DNA of 32,000 bases from positions 29,358-61,357 of the forward strand of contig OZ220062.1 of assembly GCA_964291475.2 (NCBI GenBank), given 5' to 3'. This document shows positions 1 to 6,573 of the stretch, one piece after another (position 1 is the first letter of the stretch; every line of letters starts with the position of its first letter). Source of the DNA: Dehalococcoidia bacterium. Its GTDB lineage: Bacteria > Chloroflexota > Dehalococcoidia > SHYB01. The notes beneath the pieces were generated by a model that made no database searches, was not told the DNA's origin, and worked only from the letters and a program-made list of their open reading frames with translations. The translations under genes and the position numbers were made by a program.

Positions 1-1116
1 GCCGAAGGTGTGGAGGCCGACGACCTTGGCGCGGCCCCGGGACTGGAGCGCGCCGGCGGCGACCTCGCTGCCGCTGGCGCTGCCGCCGTTGACGAGGACG
101 ACCATGGGGGTGTCGACGGCGAGGCCGCCCTCGCGGACCTCGTGGTCGGTGCGGTCGCCGTCGGCGTTGATTTCGTACATAACGAGGCCGTCGTCGAAGA
201 ACTCGCTGACGATGTTGACGACGGAGTCGATGACGCCGCCGGGGTTGTTGCGGAGGTCGAGGATGATGCCTTCCGTCTCCTGTTGGTCCAGGTCTGCGAG
301 GACGCCTTCGAACTGCTCGTCGCTGGGGCTGGTGAAGTGGGAGAGGCGGATGCGGGCGATGCCGTCGAGGTCGTAGACCTCCACGGTGCGGCGCTCGATG
401 GTGTCGCGCTCGATTTCGACCAGGACCGGCTCGTCCACGCCGGGGCGGCGGATGGTGATCATGGCGATGGATCCCTTGGGGCCGCGGACGAGGTCGATGG
501 CGTCTCGGAGGGAGAGGCCGGCGAGGGGGGCGCCGTCGACCTCGACGAGGACGTCGCCGGCGAGGACGCCGGCCCGCTCCGCCGGCGAATCGGGCAGGGG
601 CGAGACGATGGTGGGGAAGCCGTCGACCATGGTGACCTCGGCGCCGATGCCGGAGAAGGCGCCCGTGATGAGCTCGCCGGTGACGTGGCCGTACTCGCGG
701 GGGGCGTGGTAGCCGGTGAAGGGGTCGTCGAGGGCGGCGATCATGCTGATGAGGGCGCGCTCGTTGAGGACTTCGAGATCGACCTCTTCGCGAGAGAAGT
801 AGCTCTCTTCGAGGGACTCGTAGACGGCGAGGAGGCCGTCCATGCCCTCGATCTCCATCGTGGAGAGGATGATGCGGGGGTCGAAGCCTTCGGAGGAGAC
901 ACCGAGGCCGTCGAGGAGGCCGGTGACGGCGCCCTCGTTGAGCGCGGTGAGGTCGAGGTTGTCACCGTCGACGTGATGCTCTTCGAGGACTTCGAAAACC
1001 TCGATGGTCTTGGCCATGTCGCGCTCGGCCTGGCTGGGACCAAACAGCGAGCAGGCCGTCGCGGTCAACGCGGCGGCCAAGACGACGGTCAGCAGTGTGA
1101 GACGCCGAATGCTCAT
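1..1116 (-). CDS. S41 family C-terminal processing peptidase (PDZ + tail-specific protease core); C-terminus lies beyond the left window edge
   Basis: Missing from the ORF track because it is open at base 1. Reverse-strand translation from ATG (1116..1114) reads MSIRRLTLLTVVLAAALTATACSLFGPSQ (signal peptide, lipobox-like TATAC). It continues with a PDZ-like block (GAFSGIGAEV..SPLPDSPAERAGVLAGDVLVEVDG) and the S41 core (GIILDLRNNPGG ... VLVNGGSASGSEV). The frame stays open to base 1. The 400-aa '+' ORF 10..1212 is its antisense shadow. Confidence 0.85.
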   Translation of the reverse strand, partial: MSIRRLTLLTVVLAAALTATACSLFGPSQAERDMAKTIEVFEVLEEHHVDGDNLDLTALNEGAVTGLLDGLGVSSEGFDPRIILSTMEIEGMDGLLAVYESLEESYFSREEVDLEVLNERALISMIAALDDPFTGYHAPREYGHVTGELITGAFSGIGAEVTMVDGFPTIVSPLPDSPAERAGVLAGDVLVEVDGAPLAGLSLRDAIDLVRGPKGSIAMITIRRPGVDEPVLVEIERDTIERRTVEVYDLDGIARIRLSHFTSPSDEQFEGVLADLDQQETEGIILDLRNNPGGVIDSVVNIVSEFFDDGLVMYEINADGDRTDHEVREGGLAVDTPMVVLVNGGSASGSEVAAGALQSRGRAKVVGLHTFG

Positions 1117-1151
1117 GGGGCACCTAGGGAAATGGGACGGGGGACACGGTC

Positions 1152-1157
1152 ATTATA
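1152..1157 (-). promoter_or_regulatory. candidate -10 hexamer TATAAT for the S41 peptidase gene
   Basis: The plus-strand 'attata' reads TATAAT on the minus strand, 36 nt upstream of the ATG at 1116. No clear -35. Confidence 0.3.
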
Positions 1158-1450
1158 CGCCGCGTCACCGCATTTCAGCCTTCGGAGCGCCGCGTTTCGG
1201 CGTTTCGCATAGCTTTGCGCCCTGGAGGCTTCGCGCTGTGTCCGGCAGGTGTGACATCGGGGTCTGGCCCGTGTGTTAGGGGGGTGGCTATGATGGCGCG
1301 GCTCAGGTGGAGCCAAAGGGAGCGGAGGGTGACCCGCGGGCGCCTGCGCAGTCTCCGCCAGAATGGGGAAGAAGTTCGGGGACCGTTCCCCAGAGGAGAC
1401 GTGTGCGTAACTGGACTGGGGGCGCGAGGGAGGCGAACTTGGTAACCCTT

Positions 1451-1507
1451 GGTGGTGATCAGAGGGCCCCTCATCTCAATCTTCTCCCGGGGGAGAAGAG
1501 GCAAGAC
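1451..1507 (+). repeat. A-family intergenic element, copy 1
   Basis: ggtggtgatcagagGGCCCCTCATCTCAATCTTCTCCCgGGGGAGAAGAGGcaagac. A 24-nt core is identical in copies at 3716 and 5463. It contains the hairpin CTTCTCCC/GGGAGAAG. Confidence 0.8.
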
Positions 1508-1622
1508 CCCGCCACCCATGCCGCAGCGCTCGAAGGGTTGCGCAAGGGCCTCCAGAGGGAGAGAAGTTAAAGGCTTCCCAGGAAAGAGTTGGGAGCAGGT
1601 ACGGGGAACAAGGGAGTAGAGT

Positions 1623-2555
1623 ATGACGACGCAACCGATTAGGACGACGCAACCGATCAGGATGATGGAGGCGGCCCCCGCCTCGATTGCCGTGGACCGC
1701 GACAGCGAACGCCTTGCCACCTTCTACGAGGAACATTCCTCGGTGGACTCGATCGTGCGGGCACTTTCGGCGGAGCGGGTCGACGTGGCCGGGTTGAGCG
1801 CCCGCGACCTGTACACGCGGGGGCTCGACTGCCAGAACCTCGGCGGCTTCGCGGTGCTGGAGCACGTGGCGGAGGTCGCCGGAGAGCACGCGCGGCTGGA
1901 GTCGTCGCACCGCGTCCTCGACCTCGGCAGCGGCTTGGGCGGACCGGCGCGGTACCTGGCCGACCGGTTCGGCTGCGCGGTGGACGGGATCGAGCTGCTG
2001 CAACTCAGAGTCGACACGGCCCGACTGCTCTCTCAGATGACGGGAGGGACGCAGATGGGCGGCGGAGGACGGGCCTTCGACCGTGTCCGGTTCGAGCAGG
2101 GGGAGGCGACGCGCCTGCCGGCGATCGAGGCGACCTACGATCAGGCGTGGGCGCTGGACGTGACGGTCCACATCCGGGGGAAGGCGGCGCTCTTCGGTGA
2201 AATCGCCCGCGTGCTCAGGCCGGGCGGGCTGCTGGTGGTGCACGACCAGCCGGGGCCGCTGCCCAAGGCGATGGCCCCGCTGACCCGCGGTGCGCCGTAC
2301 CACGCGCCATCGCTGCCGCATCTGCTGCGCTGCGTCGAGGATGCCGGTCTGCGCGTCATCGAGTGGCGGGACACGACGGAGCTCGTGCGCGGCCAACTCG
2401 CGGAGCGATTGGCCTTCCACGAGTCGCTCCCGGCCGCGGGCGACGGCGCGTCGCGGCGGCGCCATGAGCGCCGCATCATGAGGCTGGCGGCCTACGTCGA
2501 GGCGCTGTCCGGCGAGGGCCGGACGGGAGTGCTCATAGCGCGCAAACCGTCGTAG
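1623..2555 (+). CDS. class I SAM-dependent methyltransferase
   Basis: RBS AGGGAG lies 6 nt before the ATG. Motif I is VLDLGSGLGGPARYLADRFG, followed later by GGLLVVHD, as in Methyltransf_11/25-type enzymes. High GC3. Substrate not inferable. Confidence 0.8.
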   Translation: MTTQPIRTTQPIRMMEAAPASIAVDRDSERLATFYEEHSSVDSIVRALSAERVDVAGLSARDLYTRGLDCQNLGGFAVLEHVAEVAGEHARLESSHRVLDLGSGLGGPARYLADRFGCAVDGIELLQLRVDTARLLSQMTGGTQMGGGGRAFDRVRFEQGEATRLPAIEATYDQAWALDVTVHIRGKAALFGEIARVLRPGGLLVVHDQPGPLPKAMAPLTRGAPYHAPSLPHLLRCVEDAGLRVIEWRDTTELVRGQLAERLAFHESLPAAGDGASRRRHERRIMRLAAYVEALSGEGRTGVLIARKPS

Positions 2556-2573
2556 GTCGGGGCCGGCGGCGCG

Positions 2574-2602
2574 TTGACAGCCCGCCGGAGCAAATCTAGG
2601 CT
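2574..2602 (+). promoter_or_regulatory. candidate sigma-70-type promoter TTGACA-17 nt-TAGGCT
   Basis: Perfect -35 TTGACA (2574..2579), 17-nt spacer, -10 TAGGCT (2597..2602), about 45 nt upstream of the ATG at 2648, which has a GAGGAGG RBS. Confidence 0.45.
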
Positions 2603-2647
2603 ACCCCTGCATTCGGCGGGGCCGCAGACCGCCGCGAGGAGGCGCCG

Positions 2648-3643
2648 ATGAGCGACGTCGTCGTCGGCATGACGTTCCACCCCAACGACGAGGTGCGGCG
2701 CATCATCCTCAAGGTGTCGCCACGCGTGCGGCTGGTGGACATCAGCCGCCTGTGCCGCGAGGAGGCGTCGTCGGAGGAGGCCCGCGCCAAACTCGACGAG
2801 GCCCTCGCCGACATCGAGGTGCTGTTCATGGGCGCGACGCCGGAGTCGCTGCCCGAGCGGGCGCCCAAGCTGAAGTGGGTGCAGTTCCTGGGCACCGGCG
2901 TCGACCGGCTGGAGCGCGCCGGTCTCTTCAACCAATCGTTCGTCGTGACCAACGTCACCGGCACCAACGCGCTGGCCATCGCCGAGCACTGCTTCATGTT
3001 CATGCTCAATTTCGTGAAGCGGACGAAGCCGACGCTGGCGAACCAGGCGCGGCACGCCTATGACCGGTCGTTGCGGCCGGACTTCCTGGAAGGGAAGACG
3101 CTCGGCGTCCTGGGTCTGGGCGCGATCGGGCTGGAGACGGCGAGGCTGGGCAAGGCCTTCCGCATGAAGGTGCTGGGGATGCGGCGGAGCGTCCGCGAGC
3201 ACCAACACAACGTCGGCGACCTCGACGACCTGTACCCGACCTCGATGCTCCACGTGCTGCTGGAGCGGAGCGACTTCGTGGTCGACGCGCTGCCGCTGAC
3301 CGCGGAGACGACGCACATTCTCGGCGCGCCGGAGTTCAAGGTGATGAAGCGCACCGCCTACGTCATCAACGTGGGCCGGGGGCCGCAGATCGACGAGGCG
3401 GCGCTGGTCGAGGCGCTCAAGCAGGGCGAGATCGCGGGGGCGGGGCTCGACGTCTTCGAGCAGGAGCCGCTGCCCGCCGACAGCGAGCTGTGGGATATGG
3501 AGAACGTGCTGATCTCGCCCCACGTCTCGGGCGACCTGATCGACAACCGCGAGCGGGCGGCGCGCTTCTTCGCCGACAACCTGAGCCGGTACATCGAGGG
3601 CGGCTCGCTGCAGAACGTCATCGACCCCAGCCGCGGCTACTAG
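2648..3643 (+). CDS. D-isomer-specific 2-hydroxyacid dehydrogenase family protein (NAD-binding)
   Basis: Contains GKTLGVLGLGAIGLETARLGKAF (GxGxxG), NVGRGPQIDEAALVEAL, GAGLDVFEQEPLP and ISPHVSG, the signature blocks of the family. Confidence 0.85.
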   Translation: MSDVVVGMTFHPNDEVRRIILKVSPRVRLVDISRLCREEASSEEARAKLDEALADIEVLFMGATPESLPERAPKLKWVQFLGTGVDRLERAGLFNQSFVVTNVTGTNALAIAEHCFMFMLNFVKRTKPTLANQARHAYDRSLRPDFLEGKTLGVLGLGAIGLETARLGKAFRMKVLGMRRSVREHQHNVGDLDDLYPTSMLHVLLERSDFVVDALPLTAETTHILGAPEFKVMKRTAYVINVGRGPQIDEAALVEALKQGEIAGAGLDVFEQEPLPADSELWDMENVLISPHVSGDLIDNRERAARFFADNLSRYIEGGSLQNVIDPSRGY

Positions 3644-3715
3644 GGGGCGAGTCAAGGGGCAGCGTTGGGTGCCTGGGGTGACTGGGGTGGGGAAGCCGAG
3701 CGCTGATTCAACTTT

Positions 3716-3773
3716 GGTGGTTGTGAGGGGGCCCCTCATCTCAATCTTCTCCCGTGGGGAGAAGAGGTAGGAC
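3716..3773 (+). repeat. A-family intergenic element, copy 2
   Basis: ggtggttgtgaggggGCCCCTCATCTCAATCTTCTCCCgtGGGGAGAAGAGGtaggac. Same orientation as copies 1 and 3. Confidence 0.8.
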
Positions 3774-3817
3774 ATCCCCCCCTTGCCGCCCCGCCGGCGC
3801 GCCCTAGTGGGCGCGTG

Positions 3818-3857
3818 CCCTCTCTCAAATCTCCCCCAGAGGGGGAGAGGGAAGAGG
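3818..3857 (+). repeat. B-family hairpin element
   Basis: ccctctctcaaatCTCCCCCagaGGGGGAGagggaagagg. A pyrimidine arm, 3-nt loop and purine arm, as at 5535, 6182 and 6445. Confidence 0.7.
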
Positions 3858-3903
3858 CGCTGCCGCAAGGGGTGGCGGACTTCGATGGGCCGCTCTGGGG
3901 ATG

Positions 3904-3942
3904 GGGGAATGGGCGATTCGTGAATCGCCCCTACAGGGGAGG
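3904..3942 (+). repeat. C-family (REP-like) hairpin followed by CTAC
   Basis: ggggaatGGGCGATTCgtGAATCGCCCCTACagggga. An inverted copy with compensatory stem changes lies at 17626..17669. Confidence 0.75.
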
Positions 3943-3978
3943 AGCGGCGGGTCTCGATGGCGGTTGGTGGTGATCAAG

Positions 3979-4014
3979 GGTTGGGCGACCACAAGGGTCG
4001 CCCCTACAGGGAGG
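3979..4014 (+). repeat. C-family (REP-like) hairpin followed by CTAC
   Basis: ggttGGGCGACCacaagGGTCGCCCCTACagggagg. Related copies at 6306 (same orientation) and 17565 (inverted). Confidence 0.75.
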
Positions 4015-4029
4015 CCGGAGGGGAGGGCG

Positions 4030-5190
4030 CTAGGTGGGGGCGGGTTGGCGGCCGGGGCCGACGGTGCCCACGTTGTGCATGTCGCGCATTCTGAAGTAGG
4101 CGGCGACGGCCAGGACCGCGAGCAGGGCTCCCATGCCGAAGACGGTGTAGGCCGTCGAGGTGTATTGGGCGATGACGCCGGCGATCAGGGCGCCGAGCGG
4201 GGTGATGCCGAACTCCATCATCAGGACGCTGGCCATTCGGCCCCGCATGCGCTCGTCGACGTGGGTCTGGACGAGGACGTTGTTGAACGAGAAGTAGAAC
4301 ATGCTGAAGGCGCCGGCGAAGAAGTTGGCGATGAAGGCGACGGCGTAGGCGGTGGAGAGTCCGAGGACCATCACGCTGACGCCGAAGAGGAGCCCGATGA
4401 CGATGAGCAGCGCTCCACCGCGGCGGATGGGGCCCATGGAGGCCAGGGCAAAGCCGGCAATCAGGGAACCGATGCCCGCGGCGCTCATCAGGACGCCGAA
4501 CCCGCCCTCGGCCGCGCCCAGCGTGTCCTTGGCGATCACCGGAACCAGGGCGGTGTAGGGAAGGCCAATGGCGATGGGAAGGATTGCGAGCACGAGAAGT
4601 CCCCGCATGGTGGCGTTCCCGCGGACGTAGCTGAGCCCACCGAGGAAGTTCTGCAGCGGCGTCTCGGCGCGGGTGTCCGCGTCAGGGTCGGTACGGGTGC
4701 GGATCGCCAGCGTGGTCAGGGTGCAGGTCGCGTAGACGAAGACGAGGATGACGTAGATCCACTCGAAGCCGAAGAAGGCCAGCAGCAGTCCGCCGACGGT
4801 CGGTCCGAGGGCGCGCGAGACGTTGAAGCCCATGGAGTTGAGCGCGATGGCGTTCATCAAGTCGCCGCGGGAGACGAGGCTTGGCACCATGGCTTGGCGG
4901 GCGGGGTTGCTAAGGGAGAACGAGGTGGCCCACGCGACGATGAGCAGGTAGATGTGCCACAGGGCGAGCGTGTCGTTGATGGCCAGGACGAGCATCGTCG
5001 CCGCGGTGCCGATGGGCGCCAACTGGGCCCCGGCGAGGACGACCCGGCGGTCGAGCCGGTCGGCGAGCACCCCGGCGAGGGGGCTCATGATGAGGTTGGG
5101 GACGGAGCGGATGCCGAAGAGCGCCGCGACGGCGAGGACGGAGCCGTCGAGGTCTTCCAGGATGTACCAACTGAGGGCGACCATCTCCAT
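4030..5190 (-). CDS. MFS transporter (MFS_3/EntS-like); true 5' end unresolved
   Basis: Multi-TM hydrophobic protein with the loop motif SPLAGVLADRLDRRV. TM1-like sequence (FRSLRYRDYRLLIYGVLGASAGQW) continues in frame upstream of the listed Met to about 5290. There is no ATG/GTG/TTG there, and an in-frame TAA sits at 5373..5371 (see finding). Confidence 0.7.
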   Translation of the reverse strand: MEMVALSWYILEDLDGSVLAVAALFGIRSVPNLIMSPLAGVLADRLDRRVVLAGAQLAPIGTAATMLVLAINDTLALWHIYLLIVAWATSFSLSNPARQAMVPSLVSRGDLMNAIALNSMGFNVSRALGPTVGGLLLAFFGFEWIYVILVFVYATCTLTTLAIRTRTDPDADTRAETPLQNFLGGLSYVRGNATMRGLLVLAILPIAIGLPYTALVPVIAKDTLGAAEGGFGVLMSAAGIGSLIAGFALASMGPIRRGGALLIVIGLLFGVSVMVLGLSTAYAVAFIANFFAGAFSMFYFSFNNVLVQTHVDERMRGRMASVLMMEFGITPLGALIAGVIAQYTSTAYTVFGMGALLAVLAVAAYFRMRDMHNVGTVGPGRQPAPT

Positions 5191-5462
5191 CCACTGACCG
5201 GCGCTGGCGCCGAGGACGCCGTAGATCAGCAGGCGGTAGTCGCGGTAGCGGAGGGAGCGGAAGGTGTCGCGGCGGAACGAAACGGGGGCGGCACGGGGCC
5301 GGTCCCGTCTGGGAGGCCGCTTGGCGGATCGCGAGGTGCTCGTTGGTTTCGGTCCCGGAGGTGCGGTGAGTTAGACGCAGCGGTACATTAGCCCGTCGGT
5401 GGGGGGCGTTCAAGCGTGGGGGTGGGCGCGGGCTTCGAGGGTGGCGGGGTCGGGCGGCATGC

Positions 5463-5520
5463 GGTGGTGGTCAGGGGGCCCCTCATCTCAATCTTCTCCC
5501 GGGGGGAGAAGAGGTAGGAC
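5463..5520 (+). repeat. A-family intergenic element, copy 3
   Basis: ggtggtggtcaggggGCCCCTCATCTCAATCTTCTCCCggGGGGAGAAGAGGtaggac. Confidence 0.8.
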
Positions 5521-5534
5521 CGCCCCACGGTGCC

Positions 5535-5602
5535 CGCCCTCAGTCCCTCCCAGAGGGAGGGAGGTTTAAGGTGGTCTCCCCCAGAGGGGGAGGTTTAAGG
5601 TG
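5535..5602 (+). repeat. two abutting B-family hairpin elements
   Basis: cgccctcagtCCCTCCCagaGGGAGGGaggtttaaggtg followed by gtCTCCCCCagaGGGGGAGgtttaaggtg. The arms differ, but each stays self-complementary. Confidence 0.75.
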
Positions 5603-5635
5603 CCCCATGCGGGGGACGGGTCTAGGGCGCGCCGG

Positions 5636-5644
5636 TGCTACAAT
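5636..5644 (+). promoter_or_regulatory. candidate extended -10 promoter TGCTACAAT
   Basis: Matches the TGnTAnnnT pattern recurring in this window. It lies 62 nt upstream of the TTG at 5706. The identical 9-mer occurs on the minus strand at 31334..31326. Confidence 0.4.
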
Positions 5645-5705
5645 CGGGGTGCGGCGGCTTGACGTAAGGTTGCCGCCCCGAACGTCCGCCGCTTGGAGGC
5701 CGCGC

Positions 5706-6143
5706 TTGAACTGCCCAAGGGACGGGATGACGCTCACCGTGGTGGACCACCGCGGGATCGAGGTCGACCGGTGCGGCGAGTGCAAGGGGCTGTGGCTCGA
5801 CTACGAAGAGCTGGGGATGCTCGAGGACAAGGTCTTCGACCTGGGCGACCTGAAGGGCTCGACGGTGTACAGTCCGCGGACGGTCGACCGGGCCTGCCCC
5901 CGGTGCGGGAAGGACCTGGTGGAGTTCCAGTACCACGGGAGCCGCACCGAGCTCGACATGTGCCCCGACCACCATGGGTTCTGGCTCGACGAGGGCGAGG
6001 ACAAGCAGGTCCTCGACTACATGCGGGAGCGCAAGCGGGCCCTGGGGCGCATCGCCGCCGCCGAGCGGAGCTGGCATACCGCGCGCCTGGGCGGCCGCGA
6101 GTCGTTTTTCGACAAGATCAAGCGGTTCCTGGGGATGTCGTAG
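5706..6143 (+). CDS. zinc-ribbon protein with two zf-TFIIB-like repeats
   Basis: Repeat 1 is CPRD..VDRCGECKGLWLDYEEL. Repeat 2 is CPRCGKDLVEF..LDMCPDHHGFWLDEGE. Start placed at TTG 5706 (GGAGG at 5695..5699, 6-nt spacer), with ATG 5727 as the alternative. The track's 190-aa version begins inside B-family repeats. Confidence 0.65.
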   Translation: MNCPRDGMTLTVVDHRGIEVDRCGECKGLWLDYEELGMLEDKVFDLGDLKGSTVYSPRTVDRACPRCGKDLVEFQYHGSRTELDMCPDHHGFWLDEGEDKQVLDYMRERKRALGRIAAAERSWHTARLGGRESFFDKIKRFLGMS

Positions 6144-6181
6144 GGCGGGGAGTGGGGTGGTTAGGGGCGGCCCCGCCCCGG

Positions 6182-6250
6182 CCCTCTCTCAGTCTCCCCC
6201 AGAGGGGGAGAGGTTTGAGGTGCTCCCCCTGCGGGGGAGGGTTTTGGGTG
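6182..6250 (+). repeat. two abutting B-family hairpin elements
   Basis: ccctctctcagtCTCCCCCagaGGGGGAGaggtttgaggtg followed by CTCCCCCtgcGGGGGAGggttttgggtg. Confidence 0.75.
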
Positions 6251-6305
6251 ATGCCCCACCTGCGGGAAGTGGGCGGGGCGGCTCGAAGGGACGTTGGCGG
6301 TTGTC

Positions 6306-6344
6306 GGGAGTGGGCGACCACAAGAGTCGCCCCTACAGGGATGG
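6306..6344 (+). repeat. C-family (REP-like) hairpin followed by CTAC
   Basis: gggagtGGGCGACcacaagaGTCGCCCCTACagggatgg. Confidence 0.7.
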
Positions 6345-6444
6345 CCCCTGCCGGCGTCTCCCGCACATCATTGAGGGGTGTGCGGAGACATGGTTTACAC
6401 CTGCCGCAGGCTGCGTGGAGGTTGGCGCACCCCTCCCGGCCCCC

Positions 6445-6556
6445 CGCCCTCACCCCAACCCTCTCCCAGCGGGAGAGGGAGAAGACCACCCCACCGGCCC
6501 GCCCTCAGTCCCTCCCGAAGGGAGGGGGGTTTAAGGCGCTCCCTGCAGGGGAGGAG
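6445..6556 (+). repeat. cluster of three B-family hairpin elements
   Basis: ..CTCTCCCagcGGGAGAGggagaag (6445..6484), cgccctcagtCCCTCCCgaaGGGAGGGgggtttaaggcg (6500..6538), CTCCCtgcaGGGGAGgag (6539..6556). Confidence 0.7.
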
Positions 6557-6573
6557 CCAGAGGGGACTGGTGG

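Noticed and set aside
10-1212. 400-aa '+' ORF (Gly/Ala/Asp/Glu/Val-rich) and other overlapping ORFs in the first 1.2 kb
   Set aside because: Low-complexity antisense shadow of the S41 peptidase gene, which has clear family motifs on the minus strand. This is typical of 70% G+C DNA.
3901-5391. 496-aa '+' ORF
   Set aside because: It starts inside REP-like repeats ('GWATTRVAPTG') and then runs antisense to the MFS gene. Its composition is a low-complexity G/A/D/E/R mix.
5535-6556. Possible CRISPR array suggested by the clustered short palindromic repeats
   Set aside because: The units abut each other or are irregularly spaced. They are degenerate and have no unique spacers of constant length, and no cas genes are present. 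They belong to a dispersed hairpin-repeat family.
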